NCBI GenBank assembly: GCA_018303725.1
Contig: JAGVXP010000050.1
Coordinates: 13,579 to 77,578 of the forward strand
From: Candidatus Woesearchaeota archaeon
GTDB lineage: Archaea > Nanobdellota > Nanobdellia > Woesearchaeales > JAGVXP01
Reading direction: 5' to 3'
Length of the DNA: 64,000 nucleotides
Shown here: positions 20,131-30,196 of the stretch, piece by piece
Position numbering within the stretch: the first letter of the stretch is position 1
Layout: each line of letters begins with the position of its first letter
Translations under genes and position numbers: made by a program
Notes under the pieces: model-generated
Told to the model about the DNA's origin: nothing
Seen by the model: the letters and a program-made list of their open reading frames with translations, nothing else
Databases searched by the model: none

Positions 20131-20964
20131 CTATGCCCCTAATTCTTTTAAAGCTTTTTCAGCAAGCTCTTTATCAGGCGTTTTGCCATGCCATTTGTAA
20201 TCATTTTCAAAAAAGGAAACTCCTTTTCCGGGTATGGTATGGGCTATTATCATTGTTGGATTTCCCTTTGCTGTTTTTGATTTCTCAAGCGCATCTAATA
20301 TTTGCCTCATATCATTTCCGTCTATTTCTATAACATTCAGGTTAAATGCCTCATATTTTTCTTTCATTGGCTCCAGTGAAGGCATTACATCATCTGTTGG
20401 CCCGTCTATCTGTATGTGGTTTCTGTCCAGTATGTATGTTATGTTGTCCAGTTTGTTTTTTGCTGCAAATAAATATGATTCCCATGCCTGGCCTTCTTCA
20501 TTTTCTCCGTCTGAAGTTATACAATACACCCTTGCTTTGTTATTGTCCATCTTCAGCGCTTTTGCAATTCCTGCTGCTACCGATAATCCCTGGCCTAAAG
20601 GCCCTGAAGAGTTTTCAATTCCCGGGATTGAATTCCTATGGGGATGCCCCTGCAGCCTTGAATTTATTTTCCTTAATGTCATTAGCTCTTTTTTTTGGAA
20701 ATAGCCTGCATTAGCCATTGCAGCATATTGAGCTGGGCAGATATGACCGCATGAGAGGATTAATCTGTCCCTGTTTGGATCTGCTGGTTTTTTTGGGTTA
20801 TGGTTTATTACATTAAAATACAAAGCTGTAAAGACATCTGCCATACCTAAAGAGCCTGCAGGATGGCCGGAGCCGGCTTCTGCCAGCATAGTTACAATAT
20901 CCCTTCTTATCTGCCTAGCCTTCTCTTTTAGCAAATCAACTACTTTGTTTTCCATTAATTCCAC
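20131..20964 (-). CDS. tktA: Transketolase, N-terminal (TPP-binding) subunit
   Basis: GSGHPAGSLGMADVFTALYF, GDGENEEG are TPP-binding motifs. This is the first gene of the minus-strand aro operon. Confidence 0.9.
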   Translation of the reverse strand: MELMENKVVDLLKEKARQIRRDIVTMLAEAGSGHPAGSLGMADVFTALYFNVINHNPKKPADPNRDRLILSCGHICPAQYAAMANAGYFQKKELMTLRKINSRLQGHPHRNSIPGIENSSGPLGQGLSVAAGIAKALKMDNNKARVYCITSDGENEEGQAWESYLFAAKNKLDNITYILDRNHIQIDGPTDDVMPSLEPMKEKYEAFNLNVIEIDGNDMRQILDALEKSKTAKGNPTMIIAHTIPGKGVSFFENDYKWHGKTPDKELAEKALKELGA

Positions 20965-21243
20965 CCTTTTAATGTGTTTTTATTCTCATTTTATTTTGTT
21001 TGTTTTTATATTTTTTGTTTATTCTTATGAGTAGTTCTTTTTAAAGCTGAAAAGAACATAAAAATACAATGGCCCACCCGTTTTGGAACTAACTGAATGG
21101 GCTTATATAAAGTAATAAAATAAACTAGATTTACCTAGAAAAAACTCATTAATTATAATTTCAATTCCTTTTTGTAGCTTTTCTAATATCATTTTACAAT
21201 AATATAGCAAAGGACTATTTTATTATCTATTCCCTTTGCGTAT

Positions 21244-21266
21244 TAATAGCGGCTTTTCCGCTATTA
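21244..21266 (-). terminator. Perfect 9-bp-arm hairpin TAATAGCGG-CTTTT-CCGCTATTA downstream of the TrmB-like gene
   Basis: Perfect inverted repeat with a 5-nt loop, 70 nt 3' of the TrmB-like ORF and upstream of the tkt promoter. No clear U-tract follows. Confidence 0.25.
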
Positions 21267-21334
21267 TAGTAGTAGCGTAGAGATATTTAAACCTTTTGGT
21301 TTTTATGATGAAAAAGTAATAAAAAAGAAAAAAA

Positions 21335-22006
21335 TTATTTAACTGGTTTCATGCCCTTCCATGCCATATCAAATAGGTTGTTTAAAGCTGATGCAAAGAA
21401 GGGTGTGTTAACCCATATACCCACATCATATGTGGGGTGTACTTCTTTATCATCTAAAACCATAAATATAAGCTCCTTCCCATCTACAATGCAAAACCTA
21501 GCATTATGGTCTGTACTCCTCACTTCTGCAACACCGGATATGTCTTTTACTGCTTGCATGTTTTCCTTTGTTATAGGGGCTGCTATTTTTATCTTAACCC
21601 CCCTTTTCTTTATTTTTTCAAAAGTGGGCTTTAGGCCTTCTATCTTTCTCATCAATCCTTGCGCTGTTGTCATTATTGCTACTGAATTTTCTGCATTTCT
21701 GATTGTTAGCTCTAAATGGTTATACAGGTTGTGTCTTCCTCTTAATGAACCGCTTAGATCGGCAGGTTCAACTAGTTCTACGCCCTGTGTGTGCAAAGTA
21801 TTAAGCTCATTAATAACCTCTGTCTCTTTTAGCTCTTCTAGCCTTTTAATTTGTTCTTTTGCATCTTCCTTAACATTCTTTTTTACTCTTTCTAGAACTT
21901 CGGCTGGTGGGACTGCTATATACTTAATAGGCTTTCCAAGCTTCATTACTACAAATCCCTTCTTTTCTAAACTTTCTAAAACATCATAGCTTCTGCTTCT
22001 TGGCAC
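21335..22006 (-). CDS. TrmB-family transcriptional regulator paralog 1 (N-terminus frameshifted)
   Basis: wHTH recognition helix ...VPRSRSYDVLESLEKKGF.. plus a TrmB-like C-terminal domain. The only in-frame start is the GTG at 22006 inside the HTH. An ATG at 22101 (MIVKEEF...) is out of frame by 4 nt relative to paralog 2. Confidence 0.55.
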   Translation of the reverse strand: MPRSRSYDVLESLEKKGFVVMKLGKPIKYIAVPPAEVLERVKKNVKEDAKEQIKRLEELKETEVINELNTLHTQGVELVEPADLSGSLRGRHNLYNHLELTIRNAENSVAIMTTAQGLMRKIEGLKPTFEKIKKRGVKIKIAAPITKENMQAVKDISGVAEVRSTDHNARFCIVDGKELIFMVLDDKEVHPTYDVGIWVNTPFFASALNNLFDMAWKGMKPVK

Positions 22007-22055
22007 ATTGGCAATGTCAGAAAGCTCTCCTGCTGTGCTTACACCCCTGGAAAGC
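21957..22055. repeat. 99-nt segment 100% identical to 53042-53140 (HTH-coding part of the two TrmB paralogs)
   Basis: Direct reading of both loci: CCCTTCTTTTCTAAACTTTCTAAAACATCATAGCTTCTGCTTCTTGGCACATTGGCAATGTCAGAAAGCTCTCCTGCTGTGCTTACACCCCTGGAAAGC is identical. Flanks diverge to ~65-90% identity. Confidence 0.8.
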
Positions 22056-22120
22056 AGAAATACCTTCTCAATTTACTCAAAAATTCTTCTTTTACAATCA
22101 TATATCACACCCCCTTTTTG

Positions 22121-22143
22121 AGAAGTGAATCATTTTCACTTCT
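22121..22143. promoter_or_regulatory. Palindrome AGAAGTGAA-TCATT-TTCACTTCT just upstream of TrmB paralog 1
   Basis: Perfect 9-bp inverted repeat about 20 nt upstream of the 22101 ATG. Candidate operator. Confidence 0.3.
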
Positions 22144-22327
22144 TTTAGGGGTAAAAAATTGGTACTACTTAATATATGTTACGGTTTTTTACCTCATATT
22201 AGTACTTTAACTGCTATTTAGTTACTATTAATTTTAACTCTAAAGTTAAAACATAATAATCTTATTAGATATAGCTTATATTTAAGCTTTTTGTAAAAAG
22301 AGTATATATATCAGAGTTTTTAGCTGC

Positions 22328-24221
22328 TTACAGCCTTTCCTTAAGCAACAGACCAACAACAGAGGGATCAGCCAATGTAGTTGTATCGCCTATCTCTGTC
22401 TCTTCAACAATTGCCTTGAGGATTCTTCTCATTATCTTTCCAGATCTTGTTTTTGGCAAAGCGTCTGCAAACTGTATCTTTTCCGGTTTTGCAATCGGGC
22501 CTATTTCCCTGGCTACATGCTTTCTTAATTCCTCCCTAAGCGCGTCAGTTTTCTCTGCCCCTTTCTTTAGTGTTACAAATGCGTATGGCGCCTGGCCCTT
22601 TATGTTATGGGGCATGGGAACAACTGCTGCTTCTGCAACTTTCTTGTGGCTTACCAAAGCGCTTTCAAGCTCTGCTGTTCCTATCCTATGGCCTGAAACC
22701 TTAATAACATCATCAATTCTTCCAACTAACCAATAGTCACCATCCTTGTCAATTTTTGCTCCGTCTCCAGTCAGGTACATGCCGGGAAATTTGCTGAAAT
22801 ATGTTTCCTTATAACGTTTAGGATTATGCCATACTGTTCTTTCCATGCTTGGCCATGGCTGTGCCTGGAAAAGGCCTCATGGCAGAGCCTGGCTTTAATG
22901 CCATTGCTCCTGGCAGAGGTGTTATCAATATCCCTCCTGTTTCTGTCTGCCACCAGGTATCGACAATCGGGCATTTCTTATTCCCGATAACATCATAATA
23001 CCATAGCCATACCTCTGGGTTTATTGGCTCGCCGACAGAGCCAAGCAGCCTTAATGAGCTTAAGTCATGCTTTTTTGGCCATTCGTTGCCTTCCCTTTCT
23101 AACGACCTTATTAATGTAGGCGCTGTATAGAATATGTTAACCTTGAATTTTTCAACTATTTGCCAGCACCTGCCTGGATTCGGGAAGGTAGGAACACCTT
23201 CAAACATTAGCGAAGTGGCGCCATTTGCCAAAGGCCCGTAAACAATATAGCTATGCCCGGTAACCCATCCAATATCAGCAGTGCACCAGTACGTGTCCTT
23301 ATCCTTTAAGTCAAAAATCCATTTTGCAGTTATATAAACATAAACCAGATAGCCGGCAGTTGTATGCAAAACCCCTTTTGGCGTGCCTGTTGTTCCGCTA
23401 GTGTAAAGTATGAATAAAGGGTCTTCTGCATCCATTTTTTCCGGCTCGCAATAATCTTTTATTTTATTGGCATCAATCTCCTCATGCCACCATGCATCCC
23501 TGCCTTTCTTCATCTTTACTTGATTATTCGCCCTTTTAACAACAATGACTTTTTTTATTGTCCTGCAATTTTTAACAGCTAGGTCTGCTGTGTCCTTCAT
23601 TGGAACAACCTCTCCCTTTCTCAAGCTGCCATCAGCTGTTATCAAAACTTTCGCTTTGCAGTCATCAATCCTTGTTTCAAGCGCCTTGGCAGAATAGCCG
23701 CCAAAAACAATGCTATGTATAACTCCAATTCTCGTGCATGCCAGCATAGAAATGGCTAACTCTGGTATCATGGGCAGATACATGCAAGCCCTGTCCCCTT
23801 TCTTCAAACCGCTTTTCTTCAAAACATTGGCGAATCTGCAAACCTCCCTATGCAGCTCTTCATAAGTATATGTTTTAACATCATTCTCCGGCTCACCCTG
23901 CCATATTAATGCCGCTTTATTCTTTCTCCACGTAGCCAGATGCCTGTCTAAACAATTATAAGAAACATTTGTTTTTGCTCCTTCAAACCATCTACATTTT
24001 AGTGTTTTTGGATTCCAATAATAAACCTTTTTCCATTTTTTAAACCAAAAAAGCTCTTTTGCTATTTTTGGCCAGAACCTAGGGGGGTTTTTTATGCTCT
24101 CCTTATACAGCTGCTCATATTGTCTTAAACTTTGAATGTGGGCTTTTTTAACAAAATCTTTTGAAGGCTTAAATGCCCTTTTCTCATGCATTACCGATTC
24201 GATTTCCCCTTTTTCTTCCAT
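22328..24221 (-). pseudogene. acs: Acetyl-CoA synthetase (AMP-forming), split by a frameshift and a ~30-codon internal deletion
   Basis: ORF 22824-24221 carries the N-terminal and AMP-binding domains ([11 protein letters not shown] ... [10 protein letters not shown]). ORF 22328-22846 carries the C-terminal domain ([34 protein letters not shown]). The two are joined in +1 frame, and the conserved block between PFPG and ERTLW is missing. Confidence 0.7.
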
Positions 24222-24257
24222 TTTATATTAGATTATTTCTTATATTTTTAATGTTTC

Positions 24258-25322
24258 CTAATAATTCAGCTTGTACCTCAATATAGCCCCTATCCCGCCT
24301 AACCCATCCAGCCTTTTTCCGCCTTCATGCTCAGAGCTAATTATATTTATTGCTCCATTTGTTATTTCTGTTATTTTCATTATACTGTCAATTTTTTCAT
24401 ATTTGTTTTCTTCTCTTGATTTTTGGATTAAAGTATCCGTTACCAACAATATTTTTACTGCTCCGGCATTAGCAGCACCTTCAACATCTTTCAGGCCATA
24501 TGCAGCTAAATCATTTTTTGAAATTTCCGCCAATAACTCCTCTACCAGATTAACCTCTTTTGCTATCCTATCCTGCTTTAAAGCTTCCTTTGTTTCCGGC
24601 CTTTTCAAAACCTCATTAATTCCTGTTTTGTCTACACTGGAACAAGTTGCCAAAATTATTTTTTTATTTAAATCACTATCTTTTAATTCCTTCATAAGAT
24701 ATTCTTTCCAAAAAGCAGGGCTAGCTACAATTATTTGGCTAAAATTATATCTTTTATCATACTCCTCAATTTTTTGGATTATTTCCTGGTAGAATGAACC
24801 TTCAATTTGTTCCGGCTGTGCTTTTTTTTCTACCTTTCCGTTTATATGGCTTAAGATCTCATAACCATATCTTTTCATTAAAGCCAGATAAACCTCTTCC
24901 CTGTCTAAAACGACTATTAAGATTTTGGCTATACTTGTTGAGCATGCTTCTTTTAATTTGTCTAGCTGAAATTTTAGCCATTTTTCTTTTATTATGGTGA
25001 TTATTGTATTTTCTTCAAGGTTAAAAGTATGATGCTCTCCTTTTGATACGTCTTCAGGCCCCTCTGTTATTTTCCCGCTTACCCTTAACATGTTAGAGGT
25101 TTTGCTAAATTCAATTTTTTCAGCATTTATTTTAATAAAAATCGGTTTTTTAATGATTTTAACATTTCTTTGCTCTTTATCACCAAGTTTTATCTTTCTT
25201 ATGGTTTTTCCTTTAACAAAATCGCCTGGATCAATTATGGTGCTTAAATACCATAAATCATCCATATTCTCAACCTTTACTTTTATTTCCCCTTTCTTTA
25301 AATTTGAATATATTTGCTTCAT
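24258..25322 (-). CDS. pelA: Pelota/Dom34 (mRNA surveillance, aRF1-related)
   Basis: MKQIYSNLKKGEIKVKVENMDDLWYLSTII matches the pelota N-terminus, followed by eRF1-like domains 2 and 3. Start taken at the ATG at 25322. Confidence 0.85.
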   Translation of the reverse strand: MKQIYSNLKKGEIKVKVENMDDLWYLSTIIDPGDFVKGKTIRKIKLGDKEQRNVKIIKKPIFIKINAEKIEFSKTSNMLRVSGKITEGPEDVSKGEHHTFNLEENTIITIIKEKWLKFQLDKLKEACSTSIAKILIVVLDREEVYLALMKRYGYEILSHINGKVEKKAQPEQIEGSFYQEIIQKIEEYDKRYNFSQIIVASPAFWKEYLMKELKDSDLNKKIILATCSSVDKTGINEVLKRPETKEALKQDRIAKEVNLVEELLAEISKNDLAAYGLKDVEGAANAGAVKILLVTDTLIQKSREENKYEKIDSIMKITEITNGAINIISSEHEGGKRLDGLGGIGAILRYKLNY

Positions 25323-25507
25323 TTTTAAACTATAATAATCAAAACATTTATATATAAATCTATTCATTTTTAAACTATAAGTAGATGTATAGCAAAGAAC
25401 ACCAATAATTGAGTAATATAGAATGTGTTCTTTGCTTATTACGAGCGAGCATCAATTGCTCAATTATTTATGCGAGCGAGTATAGTTATAAAAAAAGGTG
25501 ATCCTTC

Positions 25508-26683
25508 ATGAAGAAAGGCCAAGGTGCTATAAATGCTGCTGTTTTAGTAGCTATAATCGCTGGACTTATCATTCTGTACATATTGTTTTTGCCTGGTGAA
25601 GAGAGAAGAGCCATTATAGGTGAGAATGATACCAGCAGTAGTAGCAACGTTAATGACGAAGAAGAGAACATCCTATTATTTGATGAGGAAATAAAACTGG
25701 AGTTTATGACAGATAAAACAATTGATCATGAAATAGACCCCATAAACCTTTACACAAGGACAGAAGGAATAAAATTAAAGGAAATTAATTCCCTATATGT
25801 CAGAAAGGGTTGGTTTGATAAGAAAACGAGAGAAGTTACATTTAATACAGAAGAGCCTGAAAATGCCGATAATATCCTGTTAGCATTTAATGTGAAGAAA
25901 AGCAAAGGGAGGCTTGTAATAGAATTGAATGGCAATGAAGTGTTTAATAATGAAATCTTAACCCTTGATGAGCCAATAAAACTTCCTAAAGAATATTTGA
26001 CTGAAAAAAATACATTATTGGTTTACACATCTGGAGTTGGGGTGAAATTCTGGTCTACTAATGAGTATATATTAGAGAACCTGCAAATAACCGGTGATAT
26101 AACTGATGTCAGCACAAGGCAGAGTAAAAACCTATTCTTTATAACAGATGAGGAAAAAAGCAGTTTAGATGAGGCAACATTAAGGTTTTCAGCTGAATGT
26201 GATCCTACAGAGGTTGGCATTTTGGATGTCTTAATCAATAACCAGAACATTTATTCATCTGTTCCTGATTGCGGCTCATTAACAATAAGGGATTTCTCCA
26301 CATCTTATTTGTTAAGCGGCGAGAACAGCCTAATTTTCAGAACAGGAAAAGGCAGGTATCTAATAGACCAAATTAATGTAAAAACAAAATTGAAGGAATC
26401 GCCAGCTTATGTTAATTATTTCACATTGACTGGTGAGCAAATCAATGATATTGAAGACGGCAATAAAAACGTTAATCTAACTTTGGAATTTATTGATGAT
26501 GAAGAGGACAAAGAAGCGAGGATAATAATAAACGGCGCTACATTGTATATGAGGAGAATCAAAGACATAGAGTTTTCAAAGGTCATAAACAGTTATGTAG
26601 AGGAAGGCAGCAATTCGTTGAAGATTGTGCCAGTAGTTTCAATAGACATCAAGAAATTAAGGGTAGAGTTAGTAGAAGATTGA
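25508..26683 (+). CDS. Membrane-anchored extracellular protein, unknown (internal ~150-aa duplication)
   Basis: The N-terminus MKKGQGAINAAVLVAIIAGLIILYILFL is an uncleaved-anchor or class-III-like signal. The remainder is hydrophilic and acidic, with two related beta-rich halves. SD AAAGGTGAT precedes the ATG. Confidence 0.4.
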   Translation: MKKGQGAINAAVLVAIIAGLIILYILFLPGEERRAIIGENDTSSSSNVNDEEENILLFDEEIKLEFMTDKTIDHEIDPINLYTRTEGIKLKEINSLYVRKGWFDKKTREVTFNTEEPENADNILLAFNVKKSKGRLVIELNGNEVFNNEILTLDEPIKLPKEYLTEKNTLLVYTSGVGVKFWSTNEYILENLQITGDITDVSTRQSKNLFFITDEEKSSLDEATLRFSAECDPTEVGILDVLINNQNIYSSVPDCGSLTIRDFSTSYLLSGENSLIFRTGKGRYLIDQINVKTKLKESPAYVNYFTLTGEQINDIEDGNKNVNLTLEFIDDEEDKEARIIINGATLYMRRIKDIEFSKVINSYVEEGSNSLKIVPVVSIDIKKLRVELVED

Positions 26684-26748
26684 AATTGTCGAGAGGTGAT
26701 TCCCATAAAGAATTCTAGTTTGAATAATTAGCAAAAGAGGGCAAAGAG

Positions 26749-29700
26749 ATGGTTGATGAAGAAAAACTAAAAAAAATAGAGGGGATTAAACAAGAACATA
26801 TTGATGCTTTAAGAGGTTTAACACCGCAAGAAGTTGTAGGTTTACACAACCAATGGCATGATAAAGACAAAGGCATAACTAGATTAGAAAAACACTTGCT
26901 TAAGGAAAAGATAAAGACTGAAAGGATTAGGAATAAAGCAATTAAAAAATTAGCAAATATATATATGAAGGAATTAAAAGAAATTGAAGCGAAAAAGAAG
27001 AAAGAAATAGAGGAAGAAAGGGTTGGGGAAACTAGAGAAGAAAGAATGATTAGAGGGGGGCTAAAAACACAAGAAGGAAAACCTAAAGGTTTTAGAGGTT
27101 GGGCTGCAGCTGATGCAAAAAAAGATATCTATCCCAAAGTTAGAGAACCCGTAGCTAGAGGTGCTAGGTATGTTGGAAGTGGCGCAGAAAAGGCTGGATC
27201 ATGGATAAAAAGACAAGCACAACGAGACATTGGTGAAGCTGCAAAGGCAGCAGCTAAAAAAATTGTTCCTGAAAAAGTAAGAAGAGGTATAGGAACTGGT
27301 GTAGGGGCAGTAAAAAAAGGTGTTGGAAAAGGTGTAGAAAAGGTAAAAACTGGTGGAGCTGCTGTTGGAAGATTTACTGATACATATACTCCCACCCTTA
27401 AAAAAGGAGTAGTAGGAGCCGGTAGGCTTGGATGGGGGGTTGCAAGAGGAGGGGCAACTTTTGGAACGAATGTTTTAACAGGCGGTTGGACTAAAACTCA
27501 TGAATCTTTAAAAAATAAAGGGTTAATGATTATAATATTTCCAATAATTCTATATGCGCTCGATTTCTTTTTTGGTTATAATGGTATTAGTATATCCCCT
27601 ATCCTTACAAAGGATTGGGGCGCATGGCTAAAATTCTTAGCAGAACTTGTTACAACAGGTACATTCATTTTGTTGATGGTGCTTTATTTCACATTTAAGG
27701 GTTGGCCAAAAGATAAAAGAGAGTTTGTTTATTATATATTATTGATTATTGTAGTGTTGATTATCTTAAATCTGGGTGGTTGGAACCTATGGACATTGTA
27801 CCATTTGGCTTTTGCTTTTGGTTTTGTTTATATTTATCTTATGAAGGGGTTAGATAGAGAAAATGAAGGTATTACAACTACACATTTATTGTTTCTTTTA
27901 ATCTTGGTAGCTGATTTTTTTCTTTTTACTGCATTAGCAGAATGGAATTTATTGGTGTTTAATAATGAGACTTATAAAATTCTTTCAAACCGAATATTAC
28001 TGCCTTTATGGTTTTTCTTTACAATTGGTTTTGTAAAGGACAGTGGTATGAAAAAGTTTATTATATTCTTGATTACAGCATTTTATGTTTTCTTATTCGG
28101 ATTACAGATGTGGACAGCTTATCAAGGAACATTAACAGAACTTCCTGCAGATTACAAACAAGACATAATAAACGCCCCTAAAGTGGCTATTGATAATTTT
28201 GTAAAGGCTGTAAAAGCATCATTTTCACGCCAGCTAGAATATGCTACAGGGGGCTATTATAACGGAATGGTAGAAGAAAATGAGGATGAGCCGTTGGGTG
28301 TTTATTTAGAGGATATTGAAGCAGCTGACAAGGAGTTTTTTGAGGACGAGCCTATTATCATATGGGCCAATCTAAAAGCCAAAACACTGGACAAAGAGGA
28401 TACAGTTAACATACTTTTAAATTGCAGCGCATATGAAGATGAGGTTTTAGAAGAAGAAAAAAGAGTTAAGGTAATTGGTGAAGTGTCTCCAGACATAGAC
28501 TACCCCGAGGATAACGAAGAAAATAATGTGCATCTAAAAGTGGAAACCCTTGAAGAAGAGGACATTAAATGCGAGTTTGAGAAAAACAGCTTGAAAAACG
28601 GAAGGCATGAGGTTAAGCTTTTTGCTAAATTTGACTTCAAAACAATGGCCTATCTTAAATCCTATTTTATGGATGAGGAAACAATGAGGTCTATGAGGAG
28701 GGAAGGCATAGATGTTCTTGACTTTTACAAAATAAAAGATAAAAAACCAATAGCCAGATTTACAAATGGCCCTGTAAAAGTTGGCATTGAGGCAAAGGAG
28801 CCGCCGATTGGGGTAAGCGAAGAGTATGATGTTAAGCCGATGATTGGCATTACAGTACACAATCAATGGACTGGAAAAATAAAGAGGATTGAAGATTTAA
28901 TTTTGTATATACCTGATAATATGGGGTTGGATCTAAACTCTTGTGACTATGACGCATTTGAGGAGTATAAAGACATTTCAGACACAAAAGTAGAGGAAGG
29001 GTATAGGGCTTATAGGCTAAAAAGCAGCGTAAAAACAATCGCCCAGATGAGGGATATAGACAAATATAGGTCATTCAAATGCAGGTTGGATATAAAGAAA
29101 GAGAATGCAAAAGATGTGTTGGGCAATCTGCCGCTTGCAATTAAATATTTTAGAGCCACGGTTAAATACACATACGAATTAGAAAAATCAACTAACCTTA
29201 ATATAAAAGAAGCGGACTGGTTTAATGTTCATCTTTCCCCTTCAAAGCCAAAAAGCAATGACACATTGGAATGTATAGGGAAACATCCAAAAAATGACAT
29301 TATTTCTGCAAAATACGAGTTTTATAGAAATGATGTATTATCAAGGTCTGGTCCTGTTGTAGATTGCTCAGCTAAAGAGTGTAAAGTGGAATACCCAGAT
29401 AAAATGGTGAGAGGAGAAACAATAAAATGTGTGATAACTGCAAAAATAAAAGACATTGGTGAGGGATCAGATTCAGAAACCGTAAATATACTAAACACGC
29501 CCCCAACAATTAAAATTGAGAATCCAGAAAGCCACCCTGCTGACCAGAATTTAGATTGCAGAGGTGTTGCTTATGATCATGATGGAGAGGTAGTTAGAGC
29601 TGAATTTCAGTTTACCGGAGGTCATTTTGATGATGGAGAGATATCCTGCCCTAGCAACATATGCGAAGCAACTGTCCTTTCTAAAGAGCTAAGTGTTGGG

Positions 29701-30195
29701 GAAACAATAAAATGCACAATGGTTCCATTTGACAGTGAAGGTGAGCGGGGAGATGCTGCTTCTAAACTAATTAAGATACGCTCAGCTGGAACAGCAGCGC
29801 CAACAGGTGATACTATAAACCCAGCAAAGATAAGGTATCCAGATATAACTGGTTCTTGGAGTACTGAGGAAAATAAAATAATATTGCAATTTACAGCTCC
29901 AGGCGATGATGGCACTACAGGAATTGTTAATGGTTATAAATTGAAAATACATGATAAAATATTAGGCAACCAAGAGTGGGATAAAGGTAGGGATCCGCCC
30001 GGATTAACATACATGGATCCGCCCGGAGAGGCTGGAACATATGAAAGAATAGAAATTAGCGGTAATTTAAGTTCAATAAGGGGCACAACAATTTACATAG
30101 CTGTTAGAGCTTATGATGAAGCAGGCAATATGGGGGACACATCCGATAATGTACAAATAACTATACCTAAAGAGGAGCCAAAGGCTGAAACCTAA
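26749..30195 (+). CDS. Giant (1148 aa) multi-pass membrane protein with large C-terminal ectodomain
   Basis: About 260 aa of K/G-rich cytoplasmic N-terminus (GIGTGVGAVKKGVGKGVEKV). About 8 TM helices in residues ~265-460. About 680 aa Cys-containing ectodomain ending in an FN3/Ig-like module (...YKLKIHDK...TIYIAVRAYDEAGN). Confidence 0.5.
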   Translation: MVDEEKLKKIEGIKQEHIDALRGLTPQEVVGLHNQWHDKDKGITRLEKHLLKEKIKTERIRNKAIKKLANIYMKELKEIEAKKKKEIEEERVGETREERMIRGGLKTQEGKPKGFRGWAAADAKKDIYPKVREPVARGARYVGSGAEKAGSWIKRQAQRDIGEAAKAAAKKIVPEKVRRGIGTGVGAVKKGVGKGVEKVKTGGAAVGRFTDTYTPTLKKGVVGAGRLGWGVARGGATFGTNVLTGGWTKTHESLKNKGLMIIIFPIILYALDFFFGYNGISISPILTKDWGAWLKFLAELVTTGTFILLMVLYFTFKGWPKDKREFVYYILLIIVVLIILNLGGWNLWTLYHLAFAFGFVYIYLMKGLDRENEGITTTHLLFLLILVADFFLFTALAEWNLLVFNNETYKILSNRILLPLWFFFTIGFVKDSGMKKFIIFLITAFYVFLFGLQMWTAYQGTLTELPADYKQDIINAPKVAIDNFVKAVKASFSRQLEYATGGYYNGMVEENEDEPLGVYLEDIEAADKEFFEDEPIIIWANLKAKTLDKEDTVNILLNCSAYEDEVLEEEKRVKVIGEVSPDIDYPEDNEENNVHLKVETLEEEDIKCEFEKNSLKNGRHEVKLFAKFDFKTMAYLKSYFMDEETMRSMRREGIDVLDFYKIKDKKPIARFTNGPVKVGIEAKEPPIGVSEEYDVKPMIGITVHNQWTGKIKRIEDLILYIPDNMGLDLNSCDYDAFEEYKDISDTKVEEGYRAYRLKSSVKTIAQMRDIDKYRSFKCRLDIKKENAKDVLGNLPLAIKYFRATVKYTYELEKSTNLNIKEADWFNVHLSPSKPKSNDTLECIGKHPKNDIISAKYEFYRNDVLSRSGPVVDCSAKECKVEYPDKMVRGETIKCVITAKIKDIGEGSDSETVNILNTPPTIKIENPESHPADQNLDCRGVAYDHDGEVVRAEFQFTGGHFDDGEISCPSNICEATVLSKELSVGETIKCTMVPFDSEGERGDAASKLIKIRSAGTAAPTGDTINPAKIRYPDITGSWSTEENKIILQFTAPGDDGTTGIVNGYKLKIHDKILGNQEWDKGRDPPGLTYMDPPGEAGTYERIEISGNLSSIRGTTIYIAVRAYDEAGNMGDTSDNVQITIPKEEPKAET

Positions 30196-30196
30196 A

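Noticed and set aside
21290-21320. ATGATGA (C-box-like) sequence near 21307 as a C/D box sRNA
   Set aside because: No matching D box (CUGA) or terminal stem at the appropriate distance. It lies at the 3' end of the TrmB-like gene region.
25508-25600. Class III (type IV pilin-like) signal peptide on the 391-aa protein (MKKGQGAINAAVLVAIIAGL...)
   Set aside because: A KG-Q arrangement is present, but the conserved +5 Glu and a typical short pilin body are absent, and the protein is 391 aa. It is treated only as a generic N-terminal anchor.
26749-30195. Calling the giant protein an S-layer protein or adhesin of a named family
   Set aside because: No recognisable S-layer, cadherin, PKD or cohesin signature could be asserted from sequence alone. 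Only a generic C-terminal beta-sandwich (FN3/Ig-like) is suggested.
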